A program made the translations under genes and the position numbers. Shown here in pieces: positions 18,144 to 27,917 of a stretch of DNA of 44,943 bases. Position 1 is the stretch's first letter; every line of letters starts with the position of its first letter. Below the pieces are notes generated by a model that saw nothing but the letters and a program-made list of their open reading frames with translations, did no database searches and was not told the origin of the DNA. Origin of the DNA: Betaproteobacteria bacterium (GTDB lineage: Bacteria; Pseudomonadota; Gammaproteobacteria; Burkholderiales; SG8-41); contig JACPTJ010000236.1 of NCBI GenBank assembly GCA_016192835.1, positions 1 to 44,943 of the forward strand. Reading direction: 5' to 3'.

Positions 18144-18985
18144 TGCCGTCGCTCCCTTATCGCCATGCGTTCATTGGATTTGACTGTCGTTGTGCGCCCG
18201 CGGGCCGGCGCCGGCGGCGACATCCCGCCGAGTGCCTGGGTCAATTCCCGGGCGCTCGAAATGACGTTTGCCGTTAGCAATGGCCGGATTTTCGAATATC
18301 TCCAGCTCGGCGCCGCAAGATTGATTCCCGCGATCACTTCGCCATCGGGACCGAATACCGGCGCCGACACGCCCGATGCGCCCGTGACTCGCGCGTCGCG
18401 AATTTCCGCGTAACCTTCCCGCCGTGCCTTTTGCAATGCCCGCCGCAAAGCGACCGGATCGGTGATCGTCTGAGGCGTAATGTGCTTGAATCCGCCGTGG
18501 CGCAAAAACCGTTCGATATCCTCCGCCGGGCGATGCGCGATGATGGCGAGTCCCAGCGAAGTGCAATACGCGGGCCGCAGGTATTCGAGATCGGCATCGT
18601 ACCGAACGTCGTTCTTGCTCACCGCTTTTGATACATACTGGACGTGCCAGTCGCGCGTCAGGACACCGAGAAATGCCGATTCACCAGTGACTTCGGCGGC
18701 ACTCTCCATGACGGTCTTCGCCAATTGACCGAGCCTCGCGACCGTGCCGCCTATCCATCCGCCGCTGCCGACCAACGGAGACAGCTGATAGCCGAGCCCG
18801 GCATGCACGAGGTAGCCACGTCCGAGCAGCGTTCTCAAGAGCGCCTGCGCGCTGCTTTTCGGCAACCGCAAGCGGCGCGCGACGTCGCTGACGCCGATCG
18901 GCTTTTCCGTGACCGACAGGAATTCGAGCATGTCGAGCACGCGGGAAGCCGACTTGACGGAGCTGTTCATGAATGTGAACACCAT
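18140..18985 (-). CDS. IclR family transcriptional regulator
   Basis: It has an N-terminal winged HTH (SRVLDMLEFLSVTEKPIGVSDVARRLRLPKSSAQALLRTL) followed by an IclR-type effector domain. The start could be ATG 18970. Confidence 0.85.
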   Translation of the reverse strand: MVFTFMNSSVKSASRVLDMLEFLSVTEKPIGVSDVARRLRLPKSSAQALLRTLLGRGYLVHAGLGYQLSPLVGSGGWIGGTVARLGQLAKTVMESAAEVTGESAFLGVLTRDWHVQYVSKAVSKNDVRYDADLEYLRPAYCTSLGLAIIAHRPAEDIERFLRHGGFKHITPQTITDPVALRRALQKARREGYAEIRDARVTGASGVSAPVFGPDGEVIAGINLAAPSWRYSKIRPLLTANVISSARELTQALGGMSPPAPARGRTTTVKSNERMAIRERRQ

Positions 18986-19024
18986 CTTGACTTGTGTACG
19001 TGGATGCTAGACCATGGCCAGAAC

Positions 19025-19035
19025 CATTGTCAATG
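19025..19035. promoter_or_regulatory. Candidate operator palindrome CATTG-T-CAATG in the iclR / lyase divergent intergenic region
   Basis: This is a 5-1-5 perfect palindrome flanked by a related half-site (TTTTCAATTG, which contains the CAATTG palindrome). It lies between divergent starts at 18985 and 19075. Confidence 0.2.
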
Positions 19036-19074
19036 TTTTCAATTGCCGTTTCCCGACACAACGACTGGAGAGAG

Positions 19075-19995
19075 ATGAATATGACAAGCCCCGGAAAGAA
19101 GCTGCGCGAATTGATCAATGCCCCGCAAATTCTCGCCATGCCGGGCATTTTTGACGGCTACAGCGCCCACCTCGTCGAGCAATTCGGTTTCCCGGCCGGA
19201 TTCATCTCCGGCGCCGGCGTAAGCGAAAGCCATCTCGGCCAGCCCGACGTCGGATTGATGGGCATGGAAGAGAATCTCCGCGTATCGCGCGCAATTGTCG
19301 GTTGCTGCAATTTGCCGTTGATCACCGACGGCGACACGGGTTATGGGAATGCCGTCAACGTCTATCACATGACGCGCGGCTTCGAGCAGGCGGGCCTCGG
19401 CGGTGTCATGATCGAGGACCAGGTGTGGCCGAAACGCTGCGGACACATGAAAGGGAAGCAGGTGATTTCCGCCGAAGAAATGGTGGAAAAAATCAAAGCC
19501 GCGGCGGAAGCGCGGCGCGACCCCGATTTCGTCATCAAATCCCGTACGGACGCTTATACGCCTTACGGTCTCGAGGAGGCAATCCGGCGTCTCAATCTCT
19601 ATGCCGAAGCGGGAGCCGATCTGCTTTTTGCTGACGCTTTGTTGAAAGAAGAGGACATCGCGACCACGGCACGCAACGTGTCGAAGCCGCTGTCCGTCAA
19701 TATGGGCTTCGGCATACGCTCGCGTCCGACGACGCCGCTGATTTCCGCGAAAAGGCTGGAGGATCTCGGTGTCGCAGCCGTCATCTATCCACGCCTTTTG
19801 ACGTCCTGCGCGGTGCAGGGAATGATCAATGGACTCGAGACATTGCAAAAATCGCTCGCGACCGGTGAAATCATCGAGCGTCCCGAACTCGCTGTCTCGT
19901 TTGAAAAGCTCAATGACGTGCTCGGATTCAAACAATTCGAGGCTCTCGAGCAGCGCTTCCTGACCAGGGAACAACTCCAGGCAAAGTACGGCTGA
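19075..19995 (+). CDS. Isocitrate lyase/PEP mutase superfamily C-C lyase, paralog 3
   Basis: It has TDGDTGYGN and IEDQVWPKRCGH. The start is ATG 19075 or 19081, with GGAGAGAG upstream. It is roughly 45-50 percent identical by eye to paralog 1. Confidence 0.85.
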   Translation: MNMTSPGKKLRELINAPQILAMPGIFDGYSAHLVEQFGFPAGFISGAGVSESHLGQPDVGLMGMEENLRVSRAIVGCCNLPLITDGDTGYGNAVNVYHMTRGFEQAGLGGVMIEDQVWPKRCGHMKGKQVISAEEMVEKIKAAAEARRDPDFVIKSRTDAYTPYGLEEAIRRLNLYAEAGADLLFADALLKEEDIATTARNVSKPLSVNMGFGIRSRPTTPLISAKRLEDLGVAAVIYPRLLTSCAVQGMINGLETLQKSLATGEIIERPELAVSFEKLNDVLGFKQFEALEQRFLTREQLQAKYG

Positions 19996-20043
19996 ACGGA
20001 CACCCCTTTTAGAAAATGCGATCCATCGCGAGGAGCGTTTGAT

Positions 20044-21021
20044 ATGAATTTATCTTTTTCCCGTTTGGTGTTGGTGGCGCTCGCCCTTGCTTGCCTTTCA
20101 ATGGCGACCACCTTTTCCTTGGCCGCTTACCCGGAACGGCCAATTCGGCTGCTCGTCGGGTATCCGCCCGGAGGGGGCGCCGACTTTACTTCTCGTTTGA
20201 TAGGCGCAGAACTCAGCAAAGAATTGGGTATGCAGGTAGTGGTGGACAATAGACCTGGCGCCGAGGGCTCTCTGGCCGCGCATATTGTGGCCCGTGCCGC
20301 CCCTGATGGTTACACGTTGCTGCTGATCCCCTTCAACCTGGCTTTGAGCCCGAGTCTGAAGAAGAACCTGCCATACGATCCTCTTAAGGATTTTGAATTC
20401 ATCACGTTGATGGCATCGGCGCCCATGGCACTAACTGTCAATCCGTCTTTGCCAGTCAAATCCGTTGCCGATCTCGTGAATCTAGCGAAGACCCGCCCGG
20501 GCGGCGTCAATTACGGCTCCAGCGGAACTGGCGGGACCTCTCACGTGTCGGCAGAGTTGTTTAGGTCTCTAGCCAAGATCAACCTCGTTCACGTCCCTTA
20601 TCGCGGCTCGGGCCCGGCGTTGCTGGCAACCATTAGCGGCGAGGTGAATATGTGCTTTGGAAGTCTGCCGCCGATTCTGACGCACATGAAGACGGGGGCG
20701 CTGCGAGTGCTGGGCGTAACCACGAGCAAGCGCGCAAAAGTGGCTCCGGATGTTCCCACGATCAGCGAAAGCGGCGTGCCGGGATACGAATTCTCGACTT
20801 GGTATGGGCTGGGTGCCCCGGCAAAGACCCCGCGCTCGATTCGGCTCATGTTACACGCGGAGATTGCCAAGGTCCTCACCATGAGTCATGTCCAGGCACG
20901 GCTTCTCAATGACGGGGCGGAACCCATTGGCAGCGGTCCGGACGAGTTTCAGAAATATTTCGCGGCTGAAGTCAACAAGTGGAAGGCCGTAGTCAAAAAC
21001 GCGGGAATAACTCCCGAATAA
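20044..21021 (+). CDS. Bug/TctC family substrate-binding protein
   Basis: It has a signal peptide, then YPERPIRLLVGYPPGGGADFTSRL, YGSSGTGGTSHV and the C-terminal AAEVNKWKAVVKNAG. Confidence 0.9.
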   Translation: MNLSFSRLVLVALALACLSMATTFSLAAYPERPIRLLVGYPPGGGADFTSRLIGAELSKELGMQVVVDNRPGAEGSLAAHIVARAAPDGYTLLLIPFNLALSPSLKKNLPYDPLKDFEFITLMASAPMALTVNPSLPVKSVADLVNLAKTRPGGVNYGSSGTGGTSHVSAELFRSLAKINLVHVPYRGSGPALLATISGEVNMCFGSLPPILTHMKTGALRVLGVTTSKRAKVAPDVPTISESGVPGYEFSTWYGLGAPAKTPRSIRLMLHAEIAKVLTMSHVQARLLNDGAEPIGSGPDEFQKYFAAEVNKWKAVVKNAGITPE

Positions 21022-21032
21022 AGAGAACATCA

Positions 21033-22889
21033 ATGGAAAAGCACCTCTACCTGGTAGGAGATGTCAGTTTTTGCGGATTCGATGACGCTAACACGCCCCT
21101 TGCTCTTGCTGCGCCGATTCTGAATAAGGCGGACGTGTTGTTTGGGAACCTGGAATGTGTCCTGTCCGCGCCTCCCGCTTTCCCCGGCATGATGATGTGC
21201 GAGGAGCCGGTGCCTCCCGGCGCTGGCGCCGAAACCAAGCTCGGTGGCAGAAAGCGAATGGGCGGCTGGGACTCTCGCTATAGTTTTCTCGACCAGGACG
21301 GGTTGTACGCCGATCCATCGCTAGGCGAGGGGCTGGTGCTGGGCGGGTTCGATGCCGTCGGATGCGCAAACAACCAGACGTATGGACCGGACCAGATAAT
21401 AAAGTCCTTGGCGAAATTGGATGCCCTCGGCATAAAGCACACCGGAGCCGGCCTAAACCGCGAAAAGGCGCGCGAACCCGCCATAGTGTGCAAGTCTGGT
21501 ATCAGCGTGGGTTTTCTTCAATACACGTCCGTATACTGGCCGAGCAATCATGAAGCTGGTCTGAACTATCCGGGCGTGGCGGTCATAAGGGGCTATACGT
21601 CGTTTCAACCAAACATTGAATACCCGATCGGCAACCGTCCGGGTGTCCCGCCGATAATTCATACGTGGGCGGACAAGCACCACCTCGAGTTCATGCAAAA
21701 GGACATCAGAAAACTGCGAACGCAGGTCGACATCCTGGTTTCCTCCCACCACTGGGGTTTTCTCGACGAGGTGTTTGCGTACCAAGAGGATATTGCCCAC
21801 GCCGCGATCGACGCCGGAGCTGATATTGTTATCGGGCACGGCCCCCATCAGCCGCTGGCGATCGAAGTGTACCGCGGTCGTCCGGTGTTTTACGGATTGG
21901 GGAATTTCTCGTTCAAAACCCGGCATTGGCGCAGCAACAAGGGCGCCATAGACGCGGGCGTATCGGGCAAGGATTCCTGGGTGGGAATGCTCGTTGACGT
22001 GACCATCGAAGACGGAAAGGTCAATAAAGTTTCATATCGGCTTGCAAAACATAACGAACGGTTCCAGACGTTGATCAGGGACCCTGGGGATGAGCCCGAG
22101 CTGATGGTAAGAATTACTTACCGGAGGATCCGCATGGACCTTCAACTCGGCAACCGCACTGCGCTCGTGACCGGCGCAAGCCGCGGCCTCGGACGCGCCA
22201 TCGCTTTCAAACTCGCCGGCGAAGGTGTCAAGACGGCAATCGTCGCGCGGCGCGGCGAGTTGCTGCGCGAGCTCGCTGCCGAAATTACATCCGCCGGCGC
22301 GCCGCCGCCGGCAATCATCGAAGCGGACCTTTCTGCGCTTGGCGCTCCTGAACAGATCACTGCCCGGGCACAGCAGGATCTCGGGCGCATCGATATGCTC
22401 GTCAACGCGGCGGGCGGCAGCCGCTCGATTCCATTCGAAGCCACGACAGAACAATGGATGGAAGGCATGACGATTAATTTTTTTCGCCTGCGCGAGCTGA
22501 CGCATGCCGTGGTGCCGGGCATGATCGCGAACCGTTGGGGGCGCATCATCAACATCACGGGGAGTTCGGAGCCGCGCGGCCTCAACGCCGCCAATTCCGC
22601 AAAAGCCGCGGCACACGTATGGGCGAAGGCTTTGTCGCGCGAAATCGCGAAACATGGCGTGACGGTCAATTGCATCAAGCCCGGCCGCATCATGAGCGAA
22701 CAGATTCTGCGCATGTACCCGACAGAAGAAAGCCGCCGCGATTTCGCCGCGCGTGAAATCCCCACGGGATGCTTTGGCAAAGCGGAAGAACTGGCGGTGC
22801 TCGCGGTATTTCTGTGTTCGCCGCTCGCAGGTTATATCACCGGAACAGTAATACCGGTTGACGGCGGTATGAGCAGGTTCGCGTTTTAA
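21033..22889 (+). CDS. CapA/PGA_cap-like metallophosphatase domain fused in frame to a short-chain dehydrogenase/reductase domain
   Basis: This is one uninterrupted frame of 618 aa. The N-terminal ~365 aa carry CapA-like blocks (GNLE, CANNQ, SHHWG, GHGPH). The C-terminal ~250 aa form an SDR (TGASRGLGRAIA, NAAG). Confidence 0.75.
   Translation: MEKHLYLVGDVSFCGFDDANTPLALAAPILNKADVLFGNLECVLSAPPAFPGMMMCEEPVPPGAGAETKLGGRKRMGGWDSRYSFLDQDGLYADPSLGEGLVLGGFDAVGCANNQTYGPDQIIKSLAKLDALGIKHTGAGLNREKAREPAIVCKSGISVGFLQYTSVYWPSNHEAGLNYPGVAVIRGYTSFQPNIEYPIGNRPGVPPIIHTWADKHHLEFMQKDIRKLRTQVDILVSSHHWGFLDEVFAYQEDIAHAAIDAGADIVIGHGPHQPLAIEVYRGRPVFYGLGNFSFKTRHWRSNKGAIDAGVSGKDSWVGMLVDVTIEDGKVNKVSYRLAKHNERFQTLIRDPGDEPELMVRITYRRIRMDLQLGNRTALVTGASRGLGRAIAFKLAGEGVKTAIVARRGELLRELAAEITSAGAPPPAIIEADLSALGAPEQITARAQQDLGRIDMLVNAAGGSRSIPFEATTEQWMEGMTINFFRLRELTHAVVPGMIANRWGRIINITGSSEPRGLNAANSAKAAAHVWAKALSREIAKHGVTVNCIKPGRIMSEQILRMYPTEESRRDFAAREIPTGCFGKAEELAVLAVFLCSPLAGYITGTVIPVDGGMSRFAF
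22123..22128 (+). promoter_or_regulatory. Internal Shine-Dalgarno GGAGGA, 5 nt upstream of ATG 22134 (start of the SDR domain)
   Basis: The sequence is ccGGAGGAtccgcATGgac. A perfect SD sits at the domain junction inside the fused ORF. Confidence 0.5.
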
Positions 22890-22993
22890 CTCGTCTTCAC
22901 ACTTGCGACAGCGAGCTTGCCGACCGCGTCGTCCAGGTTCTCGGCGTGACGGCGAGACGCATTCCTGATTGCTATTTTTCAACCATCGTCCCG

Positions 22994-23974
22994 CTATTGG
23001 GCCTGAATACCCGCTTCCTTGATCAGCTTTGCCCACTTGTCGATCTCGGATTTCAGGAATCTGCCGAGCTCCTCGGGCGTGCCGCCGGCGGGGATAAGTC
23101 CATGACCTGCTAACCGCTTGCGCGTTTCCGGCAGTTTCAGGACTTTGACCACTTCCTCGTTAAGCTTGGTGATGATCGGTCTGGGCACCCCGGCAGGAGC
23201 AAAGAGTCCAAACCATGCCACCACCTCGAATCCGGGAAGCCCCGCCTCCGCTACCGTTAGGATAGTCGGTATCTCGGGCACGCGCTTCAAGCTCGTTACC
23301 GCGAGCGCGCGCAACTTTCCGGCGTTGACCTGCTGAATCGCGGCTGGGATCGTGGAAAAGTACATCTGCACCTGCCCGGCAATCAGATCTATCACCGCCG
23401 GCCCGCCGCCTTTGTAAGTAATGCTGATGATATCGACGCCGGCCATTTTCTTGAACAACTCTCCCGCGAGACGAGCCGTCGTACCGCCGCCCGTGTTAGC
23501 GAAGTTGAGCTGTCCCGGTTTTGCCTTCGCCAGGGCAATCAATTCCTCTACAGAGGTCGCGGGCACCGACGGATTTACCACCAGTAACAGCGGTACGAGG
23601 ACCAGGCGCGAGATCGGGGCAAAGTCCTTAATCGTGTCAAACGGCAACTTCGAATAAAGGCTGGGATTAGTCGGAAACGAGGTGATCGGCACCAGCAGCG
23701 TATAACCGTCAGGGGAAGACTTGGCGACGATATCGACACCGATATTGCCCGCTGCGCCGCCCCGATTGTCTACAATAATCGGCTGCCCCCAAGCTTCACT
23801 AAGCTTTTGTCCTATCAGGCGCGCGGTGTAGTCCGTTCCACCACCCGGCGCGGCCGGAACCACGATGCGAATCGACTTATTCGGATAACCCTGCCCGTGA
23901 GTAGGCCCGGCGACAACGCCGAATCCCAGTGCAATCAGGCTAAGCAGGCCACGCCGCACGGTTCGATTCATCAT
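22994..23974 (-). CDS. Bug/TctC family substrate-binding protein
   Basis: The start is trimmed to the MMNRTVRRGLLSLIALGF signal peptide. It has YPNKSIRIVVPAAPGGGTDYTARL and the C-terminal KSEIDKWAKLIKEAG. Confidence 0.9.
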   Translation of the reverse strand: MMNRTVRRGLLSLIALGFGVVAGPTHGQGYPNKSIRIVVPAAPGGGTDYTARLIGQKLSEAWGQPIIVDNRGGAAGNIGVDIVAKSSPDGYTLLVPITSFPTNPSLYSKLPFDTIKDFAPISRLVLVPLLLVVNPSVPATSVEELIALAKAKPGQLNFANTGGGTTARLAGELFKKMAGVDIISITYKGGGPAVIDLIAGQVQMYFSTIPAAIQQVNAGKLRALAVTSLKRVPEIPTILTVAEAGLPGFEVVAWFGLFAPAGVPRPIITKLNEEVVKVLKLPETRKRLAGHGLIPAGGTPEELGRFLKSEIDKWAKLIKEAGIQAQ

Positions 23975-24231
23975 GAATGCTTTCGCTCGGGCACTACTTG
24001 GAGATTTCCCTGGTATATCCATGATCTTGAGCCTCCTGTGAAAAACGGCCGGGTAACCACTCCCCGGGCCAAATATGCGCGCGCGGCGCTTTGTAACGTC
24101 GCAAGCCTAACACGATGATCAGATCACTTTCAAAACGGAGCCTTTCCCAACACAGGATGAGCCTGAACCGGGTGCGTGGCTTTATCTGTGTAGATAGCAC
24201 ATCATATGCGGGCAGCGGACTCGGTTTCTCG

Positions 24232-26337
24232 CTAGCGACCCAGCACCACTGCGTCCAGTGCCCAGGCACCGGCGCCGGTGAATCCCAGCCCCAGAGGGTT
24301 GATCTCCATTTCGACCAAAGAGTCACCCAGGCTCAGCGCAAGCCGGCTCAGACGGCAGATCACGTCCGCCGCGGCTGACAGATCCGCCGCGGGGCGCCCT
24401 CGAAATCCGGACAGAAGCGGGTAGCCCTGCAGTTCGCGCAGCATCTCCGTTGCTTCGTCGTGGGACAGGGGCGCAGGCCGAATAGCGAAATCCCGCAGCA
24501 CTTCGGCATAGATGCCACCCATGCCGACCAACACCACCGGCCCGAACTCCGGACTGTTCCGCACTCCCACAATCAGTTCCGCAACCGTGGGAACCATCCG
24601 CTCAACTACAACCCCTTGCACGGCTCCTTCGGGTAAGACGGCGCGCGTGCGGTCCGTCACCGCGCGGAATGCCGCCACTACCGCGTCGCGATCCGCGAGA
24701 CCGAGGGCAACGGCTCCCAGATCTGATTTGTGGTTAAGTCCCGTGGCCACCACCTTCACGGCCACCGGGTAGCCAACCCCATCCGCCACCGCTACAGCCT
24801 CCACCTCATCCCTGGCCAGACCCCCGGCAGGAGCGGGAATGCCCGCGACTGTCAGCAACGCCTTACCCTCGGGCTCAGTCAGGGCGGGCCCTGGAACCGA
24901 CAATCGGCGAATGAGGTCGTGCGGTATATGAATGGGTGGCAAAGGCGCAATTTCGGGTGCCCCCGTGGCATCGGGGCGGGAGAACACGCCCCGCATGGCT
25001 TGCGCCAGGGCTCCAGCCGAATCGAAAACCGGCACGCCCTGATCCCGCAACGGTTGGAGGTACTTGCGGGCCATGCCGTCAACGGTGTATACCGCCAGCG
25101 GCTTGTGCAACTCGCGGCAAATCTCCTGAATGACCGCCTGCTGGAGTGGCGACCGGGCAGCACTATTGGAGAGAACCACCACCATCGCTCCGACGCCCGG
25201 GTCGTTGGCCACGGCTGTCAGTGCGCCGCGGAACACAGACACATCACCTAGACCGGCGGTGGTGAGATCGAGGGGATTCTGGGCGCTTCCCCAAGCGGGG
25301 AGCAGCCCGCGCAGCAGGTCTGTGGTCTCCGGGGCAAAGGACGCCATACTTACACCCACCTCTTCCAACAAGTCGGTCACCAGAATGGCACCGCCGCCGG
25401 AGTGAGAAACCACTGCTACGCCGCTATTCGCAACACCGGAGCCGGTTCGGGATAAAACCTGGGCTGTCTCGACCAAATTGTCAAGATCGTCCACCAGTAC
25501 GACGCCAAGGCGCTGGGTCACTGCCAGAAAGGCCTGCTCATCACCCAGAATGCTCCCCGTGTGCGAGGCTGCCGCCCGCCGGCCGTTGCCAGAGCGGCCC
25601 AGCCGGCAAAGCACCACAGGAACCTTCCGCTCAGCTGCCTGCCGACAAACGGCAATAAACGATCGCGGCTGTTTAAGTCCCTCAATCACAGCGCACAGCG
25701 CCCGTACTTCCGGGTCTTGAAGCATCCATCCGAAGTACTCGCTCAGATCAATGTCAGCCTCGTTGCCACTGGCAACGGCGTATCGAAAGGCAATGCCCCG
25801 GTCGGCACCGCGGGAAAGACATGCGCTGCAAAGTGCTCCGCTCTGGGAGACCAAGCCGATGTGTCCCGCGGGAAGCGGCCATTCCATGGGGGCAGATGAT
25901 GCCGTCAGCATGATGCGATCTCTCGTATTGACTATCCCCAGGCAGTTAGGGCCGGCGATACGAACGCCTAGCTTCCGCGCCAGCGCCACCAGGTCCGCTT
26001 GGCGCCGGACGCCCTCCGATCCCGCTTCAGCAAAACCGGAGCTATAGACAATGGCTGCCTTGGCGCCCCGGCTCGCGCAGGCCTCGAGTGTGCCCAGAAC
26101 CTCGGCAGCCGGAACCGCCAGGTAGGCTGCATCGATCTGCCCGGGAATCGCTGTCACCGCAGGCCAGCACCGGACGTCGGCAATCTCCGTTGCAGTAGGG
26201 TTTACGGGATATATATTCCCTGGGTAGCCATGCCGCAGCAGGTTGGATAACGGGCGCCCCGTTACCTTGTCCAAGTTGGCCGAAGCCCCGACGATGGCTA
26301 CTGCCCTTGGTCGAAATAGTGGGTCCAGCAAATGCAT
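24232..26337 (-). CDS. ADP-forming acyl-CoA synthetase (acetate--CoA ligase family; fused CoA-binding, ligase-CoA and ATP-grasp domains)
   Basis: It has the PRAVAIVGAS CoA-binding N-terminus, the AASHTGSILG phosphohistidine loop and a C-terminal ATP-grasp region (GYPVAVKVV...). The start is ATG 26337 (MHLLDPLF). Confidence 0.85.
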   Translation of the reverse strand: MHLLDPLFRPRAVAIVGASANLDKVTGRPLSNLLRHGYPGNIYPVNPTATEIADVRCWPAVTAIPGQIDAAYLAVPAAEVLGTLEACASRGAKAAIVYSSGFAEAGSEGVRRQADLVALARKLGVRIAGPNCLGIVNTRDRIMLTASSAPMEWPLPAGHIGLVSQSGALCSACLSRGADRGIAFRYAVASGNEADIDLSEYFGWMLQDPEVRALCAVIEGLKQPRSFIAVCRQAAERKVPVVLCRLGRSGNGRRAAASHTGSILGDEQAFLAVTQRLGVVLVDDLDNLVETAQVLSRTGSGVANSGVAVVSHSGGGAILVTDLLEEVGVSMASFAPETTDLLRGLLPAWGSAQNPLDLTTAGLGDVSVFRGALTAVANDPGVGAMVVVLSNSAARSPLQQAVIQEICRELHKPLAVYTVDGMARKYLQPLRDQGVPVFDSAGALAQAMRGVFSRPDATGAPEIAPLPPIHIPHDLIRRLSVPGPALTEPEGKALLTVAGIPAPAGGLARDEVEAVAVADGVGYPVAVKVVATGLNHKSDLGAVALGLADRDAVVAAFRAVTDRTRAVLPEGAVQGVVVERMVPTVAELIVGVRNSPEFGPVVLVGMGGIYAEVLRDFAIRPAPLSHDEATEMLRELQGYPLLSGFRGRPAADLSAAADVICRLSRLALSLGDSLVEMEINPLGLGFTGAGAWALDAVVLGR

Positions 26338-26402
26338 GTCGCCGGATCTCCCGGTAATTTTTGTGCCACCACCACCGGGCCGGCGCATGGACTGCGCCTA
26401 GC

Positions 26403-27857
26403 CTAGTTAAGCCTGGCGCCCGCTCCCAAGGGAAGCCCCTTGCTGAGGGCGTAGATATCGGCGATGGTCATGTTATAGGAAGGTTTCCGCCCCTCCAGTT
26501 CACCTCTCCGGGCCACTTGCTCCTGGTGATACTCCCACACCGTGGCCGGGAGCGGGATATTTCCCGGATCCAAGTAGCGGAATGCTCCTGACCAATCTCG
26601 AACGGGCATGACCCGAGCCCGATTGTGCTGGTTGGGGGAGAACGGAATGTCAATGACGCCCGCCTTGAAGGCGGCAACCACCCCCCGCGCGAGATCGCCT
26701 TCGCCCAGTTCCAGCACCCGGTTCATCACGGCACGTACCTCACAGCGCAGCATCTCCGTTTCCGTCCGCAACTGCTCTGTTTCCGGGAAAGCCGAACATG
26801 CGGCATACTCCAGCATGGTGCGTGTCGCAACACATCCCTGAACGTTGGCCTCCCGGGTCGGCACGCCGAAGGCTTCGTCGGGTGTCTTGACGATGGTCAT
26901 GCTGGCCCCACCCCAGGCAGCGACTGCCGCCCCGGCACAAATGATGCTGTAGGCTTTGGCCTCATCCTCGGGAAAGCCGCCCATCCACTGGTGTAGCGAA
27001 GTTGTCACCACAGCGTTGGTGTACCGGAGACGGGCGGCGTACTCCTCGCCCATCTCCCGCATCACCCGCAGCGCGGCAATGTCCTGGTACAAAGACCCGT
27101 TCTGACCGTAGGCCAGCAGACAGTGGTTCGCACCTTGACCCATTTGCAAAAGCCCATCAATAACGGTGACTACAATCTGAAGGCCGGGCGGAACCACCGA
27201 ACACAGGGGAATGTAATGCTCACGACTTACAGGGCAGCCGTTGTCTTCGTAGTAGCCCGCCAAGCGATCAACGTACTGCCAGTTGTAAATGATCTCTTCC
27301 ATTGAAGTATCTTTGGAATAAGCCAGATCACCCATCGCGCCGTGCGAGTGCCCCGTGTACCCCGCTGCCAGCATGATTTCGGCACCCAGGCGAAAGTCTG
27401 GCGTGGCCGTACGCACAATGAGAGGGCGTTCCAGGGCCTCTACCACCTGTCGGCACCCTTTCACCCCGTAACTGACCGACGGAAAACCGTTAAGCATGGA
27501 ACGGCCACGCTCCAGGCTTTCCTTGCGGGCAGCTTCAGCTTCGGCAAACTTCCGGTTTCGGGTGTAGCTATCAATGGTAGATGGCAACAGGTCTGCGCTC
27601 CCGTGGTCCTGCAGAAACCGCAGCAACTCAATCTGCTCTTCTATCAAAGCGACGCCGGCACGGGGCTGGATCAGCACGCGTCCAGCCGCCCTGGCCCCGG
27701 CCAGTGCGTGAGCAGCGTTGCGCCCGGCCGGAAGTCCCCGGTGATAAGCCAGGGCCTCCTCCAAGTCCACTCCCCGGCCGGTGGGCCACTGCGCCAACAC
27801 AGCCTGGCGCTCGGCCATGAAATAGTCCAGATCCCACTTACGCTGCAAGATCTCCAT
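26403..27857 (-). CDS. Glutamate mutase E (epsilon) subunit-like protein, paralog A (closer to canonical GlmE)
   Basis: 484 aa. AAAGGAGG lies 9 nt upstream of ATG 27857. Blocks shared with GlmE are WPTG, QPRAGVAL, LPSTIDSYTR, LNGFP, VKGCR, HQWMGGFPEDEAKAY, IVKTPDEAFGVPTREAN and MPVRD. Confidence 0.85.
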   Translation of the reverse strand: MEILQRKWDLDYFMAERQAVLAQWPTGRGVDLEEALAYHRGLPAGRNAAHALAGARAAGRVLIQPRAGVALIEEQIELLRFLQDHGSADLLPSTIDSYTRNRKFAEAEAARKESLERGRSMLNGFPSVSYGVKGCRQVVEALERPLIVRTATPDFRLGAEIMLAAGYTGHSHGAMGDLAYSKDTSMEEIIYNWQYVDRLAGYYEDNGCPVSREHYIPLCSVVPPGLQIVVTVIDGLLQMGQGANHCLLAYGQNGSLYQDIAALRVMREMGEEYAARLRYTNAVVTTSLHQWMGGFPEDEAKAYSIICAGAAVAAWGGASMTIVKTPDEAFGVPTREANVQGCVATRTMLEYAACSAFPETEQLRTETEMLRCEVRAVMNRVLELGEGDLARGVVAAFKAGVIDIPFSPNQHNRARVMPVRDWSGAFRYLDPGNIPLPATVWEYHQEQVARRGELEGRKPSYNMTIADIYALSKGLPLGAGARLN

Positions 27858-27917
27858 CCCCCGCAACCTCCTTTGAGTACAGACCCCTTACCAGGGTAGT
27901 ACGTAAGTAACTAACTG

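Noticed and set aside
22890-22993. An intrinsic terminator between the convergent CapA-SDR and Bug genes.
   Set aside because: There is only a 5-bp stem (TCTCG...CGAGA) with a 9-nt loop, and the T-run is displaced by more than 10 nt. This is not convincing.
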